A DNA stretch of 64,000 nt. Origin: an uncultured Gammaproteobacteria bacterium. GTDB taxonomy: Bacteria > Pseudomonadota > Gammaproteobacteria > Xanthomonadales > SZUA-38. Shown in pieces: positions 18,083 through 28,352 of this stretch (position 1 is the stretch's first letter; each line of letters begins with the position of its first letter). Position numbers and translations under genes: made by a program. The DNA lies in the NCBI GenBank assembly GCA_964351665.1, contig CAYGPO010000006.1, forward strand, positions 4,623-68,622, given 5' to 3'. The notes beneath the pieces are model-generated. The model was not told where the DNA came from. It searched no databases and was given only the letters and a program-made list of their open reading frames with translations.

Positions 18083-19987
18083 ATGGACGACTCAAGTATG
18101 TCTCAGCAAGCCTCACTAATCCGCCAACGTCGGTTCGGACCCTTTTTTGCCACCCAGGCGCTGGGTGCGTTTAACGACAACGTCTTCAAGCAGGCGCTGA
18201 TTATTCTCATTACCTTCCAGGGGCTAAGCCTGTGGGGGTTGGATTCCGGCCGCCTGGTCAACCTGGCTGCGGTGGTATTTATCCTGCCGTTTTTCTTGCT
18301 CTCAGCCACCGCCGGACAGCTGGCTGACCGCTACCAGAAAGCCGCCCTGATCCGGTATATCAAAGCCTTTGAAATCGGTGTGATGTGCCTGGCCGCAATG
18401 GCGCTGTGGACGGGGTCGGTGTCTTTTTTGCTGCTGGTGCTGTTTCTGGCCGGCGCCCAGTCGGCGTTTTTTGGTCCGGTCAAATACGCCATATTGCCTG
18501 AGGTGTTATCCACCCAGGAGTTGGTGAAAGGCAATGGTCAGGTCAGCATGGGGACCTTTGTTGCCATTTTACTGGGCAGCTTGACCGGCGGCGCCTTGAT
18601 CGCCATTCCCGACACGGGCTGGCAGCTGGTGGTGGCTGTGCTGTTGATTGTGGCGTTTCTGGGCTACGGCTTTGCCCGCGCGATCCCCGATGTACCGGTG
18701 GCCGATGCTAACCTGAAAATTGACCCTAATCTTTTTCGTCAGACGGCCAAAATGCTGGGCCACGCAAGGCATAACCGGGTGGTCTTTCGGTCTATCCTGG
18801 GCGTGTCCTGGTTTTGGTTTTTCGGTTCAGTCATGTTGGCCCAGCTGCCGCCTTTGGTGAAGGATGTTCTGGCTGGCAATGAGGCGGTGGCCATTGGGGT
18901 ATTTACCTTGTTTTCTTTGGGCATCGGGGTCGGCTCGATCCTGTGTGACAAGCTGTCAGCCGGCAGGGTAGAGATTGGCCTGGTGCCCATGGGTGCCTTT
19001 GGTCTATCAGCTTTCGGGCTGGACCTGTATTTCTCAGCTGGCGGCCTCGCCGCTGCCGGTGTTGCACTAGAGCCGGCGGGTTTGGCGTCCTTTCTGGACC
19101 GGCCGGGTTCCTGGCGTTTCATGGCCGACGTGCTGTTGATTGGCCTGTCCGGTGGTTTTTATATTGTTCCCCTGCTGTCATTGATTCAGCATCGCAGTGA
19201 TCCGGAAAAGCGCTCTCGAGTGATTGCCGGCGGCAACGTCTTAAATGCCATGTTTATGGTGCTGGCCGGGCTGTTTTCCATTGCCCTGCTGAGCCTGGGG
19301 CTGAGCGTTGTTCAGCTGATTGGTATTACCGCCGTGCTCAATATGCTGGTGGCAATTTACATCTTTTCCCTGGTGCCGGAGTTTCTGCTGCGCTTTGCCG
19401 CCTGGGTGCTGGTGCGGACGCTGTATCGCGTAAAGGTCAAAGATCTGGACCGGATCCCGTCGGAGGGGCCGGTGCTCATCGTCTGCAATCATGTCAGCTA
19501 TATGGATGCGCTGGTCATTGGCGGCAGCGTCAGCCGGCCGGTTAGGTTTGTTATGTACTACAAGATTTTTCGCTGGCCCATTATTGGCTGGCTGTTTCGC
19601 GCCGCCAAAACCATTCCCATTGCCGGCAGCAAAGAAGATCCTGCGCTGATGGATGCTGCCTTCGACAAGATTGATGCGGAGCTTGCTGATGATGAGGTGG
19701 TATGCATTTTCCCGGAGGGGGCGTTGACCGGTGACGGCAACGTAGCCACCTTCAAACGGGGAGTGGAACGAATTCTTCAGCGCAGACCGGTGCCGGTGGT
19801 GCCAATGGCTTTGGACGGGCTTTGGGGCAGCTACTTCAGCCATTCCGACGGTGGCGCGTTTCGTGGACCCTGGCGGCGTCTATTCAGTCGGGTACGACTG
19901 CGTACGGGAAAACTGGTGGCCGCGGCAGATGCCTCTGCGGAAACATTGCGCCAGCGGGTGCTGGATTTGCTGACCCAGGCTGATTGA
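18083..19987 (+). CDS. MFS lysophospholipid-transporter (LplT-like) fused to a PlsC-type acyltransferase domain
   Basis: The N-terminal 12-TM region (FFATQALGAFNDNVFKQALIIL) resembles LplT. The C-terminal domain has the HX4D motif (CNHVSYMDALV) and FPEG. The start may be ATG 18098. Confidence 0.8.
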   Translation: MDDSSMSQQASLIRQRRFGPFFATQALGAFNDNVFKQALIILITFQGLSLWGLDSGRLVNLAAVVFILPFFLLSATAGQLADRYQKAALIRYIKAFEIGVMCLAAMALWTGSVSFLLLVLFLAGAQSAFFGPVKYAILPEVLSTQELVKGNGQVSMGTFVAILLGSLTGGALIAIPDTGWQLVVAVLLIVAFLGYGFARAIPDVPVADANLKIDPNLFRQTAKMLGHARHNRVVFRSILGVSWFWFFGSVMLAQLPPLVKDVLAGNEAVAIGVFTLFSLGIGVGSILCDKLSAGRVEIGLVPMGAFGLSAFGLDLYFSAGGLAAAGVALEPAGLASFLDRPGSWRFMADVLLIGLSGGFYIVPLLSLIQHRSDPEKRSRVIAGGNVLNAMFMVLAGLFSIALLSLGLSVVQLIGITAVLNMLVAIYIFSLVPEFLLRFAAWVLVRTLYRVKVKDLDRIPSEGPVLIVCNHVSYMDALVIGGSVSRPVRFVMYYKIFRWPIIGWLFRAAKTIPIAGSKEDPALMDAAFDKIDAELADDEVVCIFPEGALTGDGNVATFKRGVERILQRRPVPVVPMALDGLWGSYFSHSDGGAFRGPWRRLFSRVRLRTGKLVAAADASAETLRQRVLDLLTQAD

Positions 19988-20164
19988 GCCGCCGCCCTGT
20001 CGGCCCACTGGCGTTGATGAGAATGACGGTCCTCCCAGGGCCAGGGGTTTTCTGCCCTTGCGGCGCACCGGTGGCTGGGGGACAATTCACGGCTTCAGGT
20101 GGTGCCTGCTGTTTGGGAGAAGCACGGGCCCCGCCACCGCTAACAGAGCCGTGAATAAGAACTA

Positions 20165-22186
20165 ATGCCCGATAGAAAGAAGCTGGCTGATGCCGTCCGC
20201 GCGCTCAGTATGGATGCAGTTCAGGCCGCCAACAGTGGCCATCCCGGTATGCCTATGGGTATGGCGGATATCGCTGAAGTGCTGTGGAATGACTATGTGA
20301 GCCACAATCCGGCGAACCCAAACTGGTTCAATCGAGACCGGGTGGTGGTGTCCAACGGTCATGGTTCAATGCTGATTTACTCAGTTTTGCACCTTGCTGG
20401 CTATGATCTGGACATGGATCAGCTGCGTAATTTCCGCCAGATGGATTCAAAAACCGCGGGCCACCCTGAGTTCGGGGAAACCCCCGGGGTTGAGACCACC
20501 ACCGGGCCCCTGGGGCAGGGCCTGGCCAATGCCGTGGGCATGGCGTTGGCCGAAAGCGTGCTGGCAGCGCGTTTTAATCGCGATGGTCACCCGATTGTGG
20601 ATCACCACACCTACGTGCTGGCCGGGGATGGTTGCCTGATGGAGGGCATTTCCCACGAGGTCTGTTCCCTGGCGGGTACCCTTAAACTTGGCAAGCTGAT
20701 CTGCCTGTATGACGACAACGGTATCTCCATCGACGGTGAAGTGGATGGTTGGTTCACCGACGATACCCCGGCCAGGTTTCGTTCCTACGGCTGGCAGGTC
20801 ATCGACGCCGTTGATGGTCACGACGCCGCTGCCCTGGCCAGCGCGATCAAAAACGCTCGGCAAAACCGTGATCAGCCGACCCTGATCTGCTGCAAAACCC
20901 TGATCGGTTATGGATCGCCCAATAAAGAGGGCACATCGGCCACCCATGGAGCGCCCCTTGGCGATGAAGAGATTGCGGCGACTCGGGTTCAGCTGCAGTG
21001 GGAACACCCACCGTTTGTGATTCCCGAAGATATCTATGCTGGCTGGAACGCCCGCGACAAAGGTAGCAAGGCCCAGAGCCAATGGGAGCAGCGGCTGGCC
21101 GACTACAGCCGGGAGCATCCCGAAGCTGCAGCCGAACTCAGCCGCCGAATCAGTGGTGAGCTTCCGCAAGGCTGGGGGGCGCTGATTGATAACTACATTC
21201 AGGACTGCCAGGCAGGAGCTGCCAACGTGGCTACCCGAAAGGCTTCTGGTATGGCGCTGGAGGCAATAGGTGCGAGCCTGCCGGAGATGATTGGTGGATC
21301 AGCGGACCTGACGGGTTCCAACAATACCCGCCACGGTGCCAGCACCGATGTCACCGCCAGTCAAATGGACGCCAACTACGTGAACTACGGTGTGCGTGAG
21401 TTTGGAATGACAGCCATGGCCAACGGTTTGGCGCTGCATGGTGGCTTTATTCCGTACACCGGCACATTTTTGGTGTTTTCAGACTACGCCCGCAACGCGG
21501 TGCGAATGTCCGCCCTGATTCCCACCGGCGCTATCCATGTCTATACCCATGATTCCATTGGTCTGGGTGAAGACGGCCCAACCCACCAGCCGGTGGAGCA
21601 CGTGGCCAGTCTGCGCCTGATACCCAATCTCGAGCTATGGCGACCCTGCGATACGGTGGAAACCGCCTGGGCATGGAAAAACGCCGTCGAACGTCGGGAT
21701 GGTCCCACCGCGCTGGTGTTGACCCGTCAGGGACTACCCCATCAGGAGCGCGACGCCGACACCCTGGCGTCCGTTGGCCGCGGCGGTTATGTGCTGCGGG
21801 ACTGCGAAGGGGAGCCCGAGTTGATCATGCTGGCCACCGGTTCTGAGGTGGCTTTGGTGATGTCCGCTGCGACGGTGCTGGAAGCTGAAGGCATCGCCAC
21901 CCGGGTGGTGTCATTGCCCTGCACCTCGCTATTTGACCGTCAGCCCCAGGACTATAAAGACTCGGTGCTGCCGCCCTCAGTGCGCGCCCGCCTGGCAGTA
22001 GAGGCAGGCAGCGCTGACTACTGGTTTAAGTACACCGGGCTGGACGGCGACATCATCGGTATGACCAGCTACGGCGCCTCAGCGCCGGCCTCGGAGCTGT
22101 TTACCCATTTTGGCTTTACCGTGGACAACGTTGTCGTCCGCGGCCGGGCCCTGATCCACCCCCTGATACAACCTGATAAAACCTGA
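20165..22186 (+). CDS. tkt: transketolase
   Basis: 673 aa. Motifs [26 protein letters not shown] and [12 protein letters not shown]. Confidence 0.97.
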   Translation: MPDRKKLADAVRALSMDAVQAANSGHPGMPMGMADIAEVLWNDYVSHNPANPNWFNRDRVVVSNGHGSMLIYSVLHLAGYDLDMDQLRNFRQMDSKTAGHPEFGETPGVETTTGPLGQGLANAVGMALAESVLAARFNRDGHPIVDHHTYVLAGDGCLMEGISHEVCSLAGTLKLGKLICLYDDNGISIDGEVDGWFTDDTPARFRSYGWQVIDAVDGHDAAALASAIKNARQNRDQPTLICCKTLIGYGSPNKEGTSATHGAPLGDEEIAATRVQLQWEHPPFVIPEDIYAGWNARDKGSKAQSQWEQRLADYSREHPEAAAELSRRISGELPQGWGALIDNYIQDCQAGAANVATRKASGMALEAIGASLPEMIGGSADLTGSNNTRHGASTDVTASQMDANYVNYGVREFGMTAMANGLALHGGFIPYTGTFLVFSDYARNAVRMSALIPTGAIHVYTHDSIGLGEDGPTHQPVEHVASLRLIPNLELWRPCDTVETAWAWKNAVERRDGPTALVLTRQGLPHQERDADTLASVGRGGYVLRDCEGEPELIMLATGSEVALVMSAATVLEAEGIATRVVSLPCTSLFDRQPQDYKDSVLPPSVRARLAVEAGSADYWFKYTGLDGDIIGMTSYGASAPASELFTHFGFTVDNVVVRGRALIHPLIQPDKT

Positions 22187-22204
22187 GATAACGGAGAACT
22201 AATC

Positions 22205-23212
22205 ATGGCCGTGAAAATTGCCATCAACGGATACGGACGTATCGGACGCAACGTGTTGCGGGCCATTCATGAGTCCGGTCGTGCCAGTGAGTTTGATGTG
22301 GTCGCCATTAACGACCTTGGTGATCCCCAAACCAATGCTCACTTGACCCAATACGATACGGCCCATGGCCGTTTTCCCGGAACCGTGGAGGTGCAGGGCA
22401 GTGATCTGGTAATTAATGGGGATCGGGTTCGAGTGCTGGCCGAGCGTGATCCGGCCAAATTACCCTGGGGCGAGCTGGGTGTTGACGCGGTGCTGGAATG
22501 TACCGGGATTTTCAGCAGCCGTGATAAGGCCAGCCTGCACCTGCAGGGCGGCGCCAAAAAGGTCATCATCTCAGCGCCCTCCGCGGATGCCGATGCCATG
22601 GTGGTTTATGGCGTCAACCACGATATCTTGAAGCCGGAACACCAGATTGTATCCAACGCCTCATGCACCACCAACTGCCTGTCACCGGTGGTAAAACCCC
22701 TGCATGACGCCATAGGCGTTGAGTCCGGCCTGATGACGACCATTCACGCCTATACCAACGATCAGGTGCTCACCGACGTGTTCCACAAAGATCTGCGTCG
22801 GGCACGTTCTGCCACCATGTCCCAGATTCCTACCAAGACCGGTGCGGCCGGTGCGGTGGGCAAAATTCTGCCAGAACTCAATGGCAAGCTGGACGGCTTT
22901 TCCATGCGTGTGCCAACCATCAACGTGTCGGTGGTTGATCTGACCTTCATCGCCAGCCGCGATACCTCGGTGGAAGAAGTCAATCAAATCATGAAGGCGG
23001 CTGCTGAAGGTCCCATGAGCGCGATCCTTGGCTACAATGAAGCACCCTTGGTATCCATCGACTTTAACCACAACCCGATGTCATCGACCTTTGATGCGGG
23101 CCTGACCAAGGTGATTGGCGGCAAGTTGGTGAAAGTGTTGGCCTGGTATGACAACGAGTGGGGCTTTTCTAACCGGATGCTGGACACCACCCTGGCGGTG
23201 GTTAACGCCTGA
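22205..23212 (+). CDS. gap: type I glyceraldehyde-3-phosphate dehydrogenase
   Basis: Motifs [17 protein letters not shown], catalytic [10 protein letters not shown] and [11 protein letters not shown]. Confidence 0.95.
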   Translation: MAVKIAINGYGRIGRNVLRAIHESGRASEFDVVAINDLGDPQTNAHLTQYDTAHGRFPGTVEVQGSDLVINGDRVRVLAERDPAKLPWGELGVDAVLECTGIFSSRDKASLHLQGGAKKVIISAPSADADAMVVYGVNHDILKPEHQIVSNASCTTNCLSPVVKPLHDAIGVESGLMTTIHAYTNDQVLTDVFHKDLRRARSATMSQIPTKTGAAGAVGKILPELNGKLDGFSMRVPTINVSVVDLTFIASRDTSVEEVNQIMKAAAEGPMSAILGYNEAPLVSIDFNHNPMSSTFDAGLTKVIGGKLVKVLAWYDNEWGFSNRMLDTTLAVVNA

Positions 23213-23255
23213 CGGTTTTGCCCTTTGCAACCAGAACCCGACCGGGAGGCTGAAA

Positions 23256-24437
23256 ATGGATTTTCTGCGCCTTAGTGATGTGAACCTTAACGGCAAGCGA
23301 CTGCTGATTCGCGAGGACCTGAACGTGCCCCTGGGGGACGATGGTGAGGTCAGCAGCGACACCCGGATTCGGGCCGCTATTCCGGCCATTACCATGGCCA
23401 TGGAGGCCGGAGCCCGGGTCATGATTCTTTCTCATCTTGGCCGACCGGTGGAAGGTGAGTTTGATCCACAGTTTTCCCTGGCGCCGGTGGCAAGGCACCT
23501 GACTAAGCTGTTGGGTAAACCTGTGCCGCTGATCAGCGATTGGCTGAACGGGGTTTCCTGTGAACCTGGCCAGGCCGTGTTGTGTGAGAACGTGCGTTTT
23601 AACGTCGGCGAAAAATGCAATGACAAGCAGCTGAGCCAGGCAATGGCGAGCTTGTGTGACGTGTTCGCCATGGATGCCTTTGGCACGGCCCATCGGGCCC
23701 ATGCCTCCACCCACGGGGTCGGGCAGTTCGCCCCCGTGGCCTGCGCTGGTCCGCTGCTGGCCAGGGAGCTTGAAGCTCTGACCAAAGCCACCCTGACCCC
23801 GAAAAAGCCGGTGCTGGCCATCGTTGGTGGGTCTAAAGTTTCCACCAAGTTGACGGTGCTGGAGTCATTGGCCACGCGGGTCGATCAGCTAATTGTTGGC
23901 GGCGGTATTGCCAATACCTTTATCGCAGCCAGCGGCCACAGTGTTGGCCAGTCCCTGTATGAGGCTGATCTGGTCGAGCAGGCCCAAACCCTGATGGCCC
24001 AGGCCAAGGCGGCCGGCGCTGAGATTCCGTTACCCGATGACGTGGTGGTGGCTGACAGTTTCAGCGCCACCGCAGCCTTTCGAACCTGCGATGTGGCTGA
24101 GGTGGCTGAGCACGAAATGATTCTGGATATCGGGCCCCGCACCGCCCAGCGCTATAGCGAAATTATCCGCCGCGCGGGCACGGTGGTCTGGAATGGCCCG
24201 GTAGGGGTTTTTGAATTTGAACCGTTCAGCCAGGGTACCCGCTCTGTGGCCCAGGCGGTGGCCAGTTCTGAGGCCTTCTCCATCGCCGGCGGTGGCGACA
24301 CCCTGGCGGCCATTGAGCAGTTTCAGGTGGCAGAGCAAATTTCTTATATCTCCACCGGCGGCGGCGCCTTTCTTGAGTTTCTCCAGGGCCGTGAACTGCC
24401 GGCGGTGGCGATGCTGAAGGCGCGTTTTGGCCACTGA
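23256..24437 (+). CDS. pgk: phosphoglycerate kinase
   Basis: True start is ATG 23256 (RBS gggagg 23244-23249). The track ORF from 23148 is an N-terminal over-extension overlapping gap. Motifs [15 protein letters not shown] and [13 protein letters not shown]. Confidence 0.95.
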   Translation: MDFLRLSDVNLNGKRLLIREDLNVPLGDDGEVSSDTRIRAAIPAITMAMEAGARVMILSHLGRPVEGEFDPQFSLAPVARHLTKLLGKPVPLISDWLNGVSCEPGQAVLCENVRFNVGEKCNDKQLSQAMASLCDVFAMDAFGTAHRAHASTHGVGQFAPVACAGPLLARELEALTKATLTPKKPVLAIVGGSKVSTKLTVLESLATRVDQLIVGGGIANTFIAASGHSVGQSLYEADLVEQAQTLMAQAKAAGAEIPLPDDVVVADSFSATAAFRTCDVAEVAEHEMILDIGPRTAQRYSEIIRRAGTVVWNGPVGVFEFEPFSQGTRSVAQAVASSEAFSIAGGGDTLAAIEQFQVAEQISYISTGGGAFLEFLQGRELPAVAMLKARFGH

Positions 24438-24460
24438 TTTTTTGACGTTAAACCATCCGC

Positions 24461-24529
24461 TGCACTGGCGATTGTCAAGGCGACAATCCCGGCGATAGGC
24501 GAGGCGATACCCGGGGCGACTCCCTGCAC
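24461..24529. repeat. array of six GGCGA pentamers bracketed by CTGCACT direct repeats (pgk-fba intergenic region)
   Basis: GGCGA starts at 24466, 24478, 24490, 24497, 24502 and 24514 (spacings 12, 12, 7, 5, 12). An embedded hairpin is gattgtc-aaggc-gacaatc. A TGCACT repeat flanks the array on both sides. Confidence 0.5.
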
Positions 24530-24546
24530 TACTATTGAGGTAAATC

Positions 24547-25566
24547 ATGAACGTAGAAAAACTCACCCAAACCGCCCAGGCCATGGTGGCTGAAGGGAAG
24601 GGTATTTTGGCCATCGACGAATCCACCGGCACGATCAAAAAGCGTTTTGATTTAATCGGCCTTGAAAGCACCGAAGACAATCGGCGCGCCTACCGGGAAA
24701 TGCTGCTGTCCACGCCGGAGCTGGGAAAGCACGTGTCCGGCGCTATCTTGTTTGACGAGACCTTGCGCCAGAGCGCCAGTACTGGCCAGACGTTTGTTGA
24801 GATGATGAAGGCTGCCGGCGTGATCCCGGGTATCAAAGTCGATAAAGGCGCTCAGGATCTGGCGGGTCATCCCGGCGAGAAGGTCACAGAAGGTCTGGAT
24901 GGACTGCGCGCCCGGCTGGCTGAGTACGCGGATCTTGGCGCTGGCTTTGCCAAATGGCGGTCGGTGATCACCATCGGCGAGGCCATGCCTACCAGTGCCT
25001 GCGTTGAAGCCAACGCCCATGGACTGGCGCGCTACGCCGCTCTTTGCCAGGAAGCCGATATCGTGCCCATCGTGGAGCCGGAAGTGATCATGAACGGTGA
25101 CCATGATCTGGACACCTGTTATGAGGTAACCGAAGCCACCCTGAAGAGTCTGTTCTCTTCGTTGTATGAACAGGGCGTATTGCTTGAGGGCACAATTTTG
25201 AAGGCCTCTATGGTGGTTTCCGGCGATCAATGCGGCGAACAGGCCAGCGTTCAGGAGGTGGCTGAGGCTACCCTGCAATGTCTTTACAACTCGGTGCCGG
25301 CCTCCACCGCTGGGGTGGTTTTTCTGTCCGGCGGGCAGAGCGAAATTGTTGCCACCCAGCACCTGGATATGATGAACCGGATTGGACCCCATCCCTGGCC
25401 GCTGACCTTCTCCTACGGTCGCGCACTGCAGCATGGTGCGCTGATGAAATGGGGTGAGGATATCGCTAACAACGTTGGGGCGGGCCAGGCCATTTTGGCT
25501 CACCGGGCGCGCTGCAACGGATTGGCTGCGGTTGGCCAGTACGACGAGTCTGTCGAAGCCGGCTGA
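24547..25566 (+). CDS. fba: class I fructose-bisphosphate aldolase
   Basis: 339 aa. GKGILAIDESTGTIKKRF, AILFDETLRQ and VVFLSGGQS are typical of class I (Schiff-base) FBA. Confidence 0.92.
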   Translation: MNVEKLTQTAQAMVAEGKGILAIDESTGTIKKRFDLIGLESTEDNRRAYREMLLSTPELGKHVSGAILFDETLRQSASTGQTFVEMMKAAGVIPGIKVDKGAQDLAGHPGEKVTEGLDGLRARLAEYADLGAGFAKWRSVITIGEAMPTSACVEANAHGLARYAALCQEADIVPIVEPEVIMNGDHDLDTCYEVTEATLKSLFSSLYEQGVLLEGTILKASMVVSGDQCGEQASVQEVAEATLQCLYNSVPASTAGVVFLSGGQSEIVATQHLDMMNRIGPHPWPLTFSYGRALQHGALMKWGEDIANNVGAGQAILAHRARCNGLAAVGQYDESVEAG

Positions 25567-25580
25567 GTTTGCTGAAATCA

Positions 25581-25622
25581 GTCCCCGGGCTGCGCCTGGC
25601 CGCGCAGCCCGGGGATTGTATT
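25581..25622 (+). terminator. strong stem-loop after fba
   Basis: tccccgggctgcgc (25581-25594) - ctggcc - gcgcagcccgggga (25601-25614), a 14-bp perfect stem followed by ttgtattg. Confidence 0.6.
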
Positions 25623-25713
25623 GACCCCGTTACAGAATTCCATTCAGGGTGTAAGGTGCCAGCTTTAAAGCAAGCACCTGCTGCTTTAGCCCCGAAACCA
25701 CGGAATCCCTTTC

Positions 25714-27993
25714 ATGAGCAAAGATTTGAAAGAACGGGCGCTGGAATATCATCGCCTGCCCACCCCGGGCAAAATCGAAGTTACCGCAACCAAAACCCTG
25801 ACCACCCAGAATGAGCTGGCCCTGGCCTACTCGCCGGGTGTGGCGGCCGCCTGTGAGCTGATCGTCGACGACCCGGCCACGGTTTCCGAGGTCACTTCCA
25901 GAGCTAATCTGGTGGCGGTGGTGACCAACGGCACGGCTGTGCTGGGCCTTGGCGCCATCGGTCCGCTGGCAGCCAAGCCGGTGATGGAAGGCAAAGCGGT
26001 GTTGTTCAAGAAGTTCGCCGGTATTGACGTATTCGATATTGAAATCAACGAAAATGACCCGGACAAACTTGTCGACATCATTGCGTCATTGGAACCCACC
26101 TTTGGCGGAATTAATCTTGAAGACATTAAGGCACCGGAGTGCTTTTTGGTGGAGCAAAAGCTTCGCCAGCGGGTCAACATTCCGGTGTTCCACGATGATC
26201 AACACGGCACCGCCATAATTACCGCGGCGGCACTGCTCAACGCCTTGGAAATGGTGGGCAAGTCCATTGATAAGGTGCGCCTGGCGGCGTCCGGCGCTGG
26301 TGCCGCTGGCATTGCCTGTCTGGATCTGCTGGTTAACCTGGGGCTGAAGCCTGAAAACGTGCTTGTCACCGACCGCTCTGGCGTCGTACATCAGGGCAGG
26401 GATGACCTGATTGAGGGCGATTCCAAATCCCGCTATGCCACCACCGACAGCGCAAGAACCCTGGAAGAAGCGATGGTGGGTGCCGATGTTTTCCTGGGAG
26501 TATCTGCGCCGGGTGTGGTGAATCAGGACATGGTCCGAAGCATGGCGGCTCAGCCTATTATCCTGGCCCTGGCCAATCCGGTACCGGAAATCATGCCCGA
26601 AGAGGCCCACAGCGCCCGGGATGATGTGATTATGGCTACTGGCCGCTCGGATTACCCCAACCAGGTCAATAACGTGCTGTGTTTTCCGTATATTTTTCGC
26701 GGCGCACTGGACGTTGGGGCTACCAGTATTACCGAGCAAATGAAAATGGCGGCGGTCAAGGCGATTGCCGGTTTGGCCCGTATCGAGGCCAGCGACATCA
26801 GCGCCCAGGCCTATGGTGGCGAACTGCCCACCTTTGGTCGAGAGTATTTGATTCCCCAACCCTTTGACCCACGTCTTATCGTTCACGTTGCACCGGCGGT
26901 GGCCCAGGCCGCGATGGATTCAGGGGTGGCTACCAGGCCCCTTAGCAATATGGCCGAGTACCGGGAAAAACTGAATCAGATGGTGTTTCGCAGCACCATG
27001 CTGATGAAGCCCATTTTTGAGCGGGCCAAGGCTGATCCGCGCCGGGTGGTTTACGCCGAGGGAGAAGAAGCCGTGGTGTTGCGAGCGGTGCAGAACGTGC
27101 TGGATGACGGACTGGCTCGGCCAATTCTTGTGGCTCGCCCCAGCGTTCTGGCAATGCGGATTCAGCAGCTTGGGCTGCGGATGGATCCGGAGCGTGATCT
27201 TAAGGTGGTAAATCCTGAAGACGATCCCCGATTTCGCGACTACTGGATGCTCTATTACGAAAAGATGCAGCGCAAAGGGATCACCCCGGCTACGGCCAAA
27301 TACGTGGTCCGAACCCGCAACACCGTTATTGCAGCGCTAATGGTAGAACGGGGCGAGGCTGACGCCATGATTACCGGCGTGGTTGGCAGGTACAACAAAA
27401 AGCTGGCCCACGTGCTGGGTGTTTTGGGGCTGCGTGAGGGGGTCAGGCAAGCCTCCTCCCTGTCGGTTATGGGCACTGCCCAACACAAGGTGTTTGTTTG
27501 CGATACCCACGTTAACCCCGATCCCAGTCCCGAAGATATCGCCCACGCAACCTTGCTGGCCGCAGAGCGGGTCAGGGAGTTTGGCCTTCAGCCCAAGGTC
27601 GCGTTGGTGAGCCATTCAGACTTCGGTAGTCACCAGGATGCCTCCAGTGAAAAAATGCGCCAGGCGCTGGGCCTGATTAAGCAGCTGGATCCGGATCTGG
27701 AAGTGGATGGAGAGATGAAAGTGGACACGGCTCTGGAACCGGAACTGCGCCAGCGTATTGCCCCTCATTCACCCCTTAAGGGCATGCCCAATTTGCTGAT
27801 CATGCCTGACCAGGCCTCTGCCCACATCGCATTTTTCATGACCAAAGTGCTGGCCGACGCGGTGGCGGTGGGCCCCCTGCTGCTGGGCTGCGCCAAACCG
27901 GCCCATGTACTTACCCCCACGGCAACGGTGCGGCGGGTGGTCAACGTGACTGCAATTGCTGTGGTGGATGCCCAGAAGATGTCCCCAAGCTAG
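25714..27993 (+). CDS. maeB: NADP-dependent malic enzyme with C-terminal phosphotransacetylase-like domain
   Basis: 759 aa. [22 protein letters not shown](P) site ASGAGAAG and a long PTA-like C-terminal half. Confidence 0.92.
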   Translation: MSKDLKERALEYHRLPTPGKIEVTATKTLTTQNELALAYSPGVAAACELIVDDPATVSEVTSRANLVAVVTNGTAVLGLGAIGPLAAKPVMEGKAVLFKKFAGIDVFDIEINENDPDKLVDIIASLEPTFGGINLEDIKAPECFLVEQKLRQRVNIPVFHDDQHGTAIITAAALLNALEMVGKSIDKVRLAASGAGAAGIACLDLLVNLGLKPENVLVTDRSGVVHQGRDDLIEGDSKSRYATTDSARTLEEAMVGADVFLGVSAPGVVNQDMVRSMAAQPIILALANPVPEIMPEEAHSARDDVIMATGRSDYPNQVNNVLCFPYIFRGALDVGATSITEQMKMAAVKAIAGLARIEASDISAQAYGGELPTFGREYLIPQPFDPRLIVHVAPAVAQAAMDSGVATRPLSNMAEYREKLNQMVFRSTMLMKPIFERAKADPRRVVYAEGEEAVVLRAVQNVLDDGLARPILVARPSVLAMRIQQLGLRMDPERDLKVVNPEDDPRFRDYWMLYYEKMQRKGITPATAKYVVRTRNTVIAALMVERGEADAMITGVVGRYNKKLAHVLGVLGLREGVRQASSLSVMGTAQHKVFVCDTHVNPDPSPEDIAHATLLAAERVREFGLQPKVALVSHSDFGSHQDASSEKMRQALGLIKQLDPDLEVDGEMKVDTALEPELRQRIAPHSPLKGMPNLLIMPDQASAHIAFFMTKVLADAVAVGPLLLGCAKPAHVLTPTATVRRVVNVTAIAVVDAQKMSPS

Positions 27994-28169
27994 TCCATCC
28001 CGAGCATGGTCCGCCTGGCAGGGGCCGGGGTATCCGAGTCCCTGCATTGCGTACCCAGCAACTCTGACACGGCAACAGCGAGGGGGGCAGCAAGGGTCAA
28101 TCCTCTGATACCAACCTGCGCTATTTGCCCTGCAGGCCCTATCGCTATCTGTTTCTGAGATGGATGGTT

Positions 28170-28185
28170 GTTATATTGATATAAC
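28170..28185. promoter_or_regulatory. 7+7 inverted repeat upstream of the TonB-dependent receptor
   Basis: gttatat-tg-atataac in an AT-rich patch about 170 nt upstream of the receptor ATG. A GT..AC-ended symmetric site of the kind bound by GntR-type regulators. Confidence 0.3.
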
Positions 28186-28352
28186 GTTAAGGCAATGTTA
28201 AAGTTTCGTCGAGTTCTGGGGGCGGTTAGACGTTGCCGCCAGTGTTTGCAACATAAAACTTAGTGATTAAAGCCGCGCTGCGAGGGCGACAGATCGGACG
28301 ATCAGGGCTTTGGTCATCAACGCGATGTTCCCAATATTTGAGGGGTAAGACG

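Noticed and set aside
23148-23255. N-terminal extensions of track ORFs: pgk from 23148, TonB receptor from 28263, LeuC-like to 33993, Ig-like protein from 11999, oxidoreductase from 35204, Sel1-like from 39254.
   Set aside because: In each case an internal start with a good SD gives the family-typical N-terminus or signal peptide. The extension overlaps the upstream gene or has implausible sequence.
24547-25566. Class I (rather than class II) aldolase in the tkt-gap-pgk-fba cluster as an anomaly.
   Set aside because: Class I FBA in this conserved cluster is known in several proteobacterial lineages. It is noted in the feature call but is not novel.
27994-28352. Cobalamin or TPP riboswitch in the leader of the TonB-dependent receptor.
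   Set aside because: A CTGAGA hexamer is present (about 28154). The rest of the TPP core (ACCUGAUCUGGAUAAUGCCAGCG) and the B12-box features are missing.
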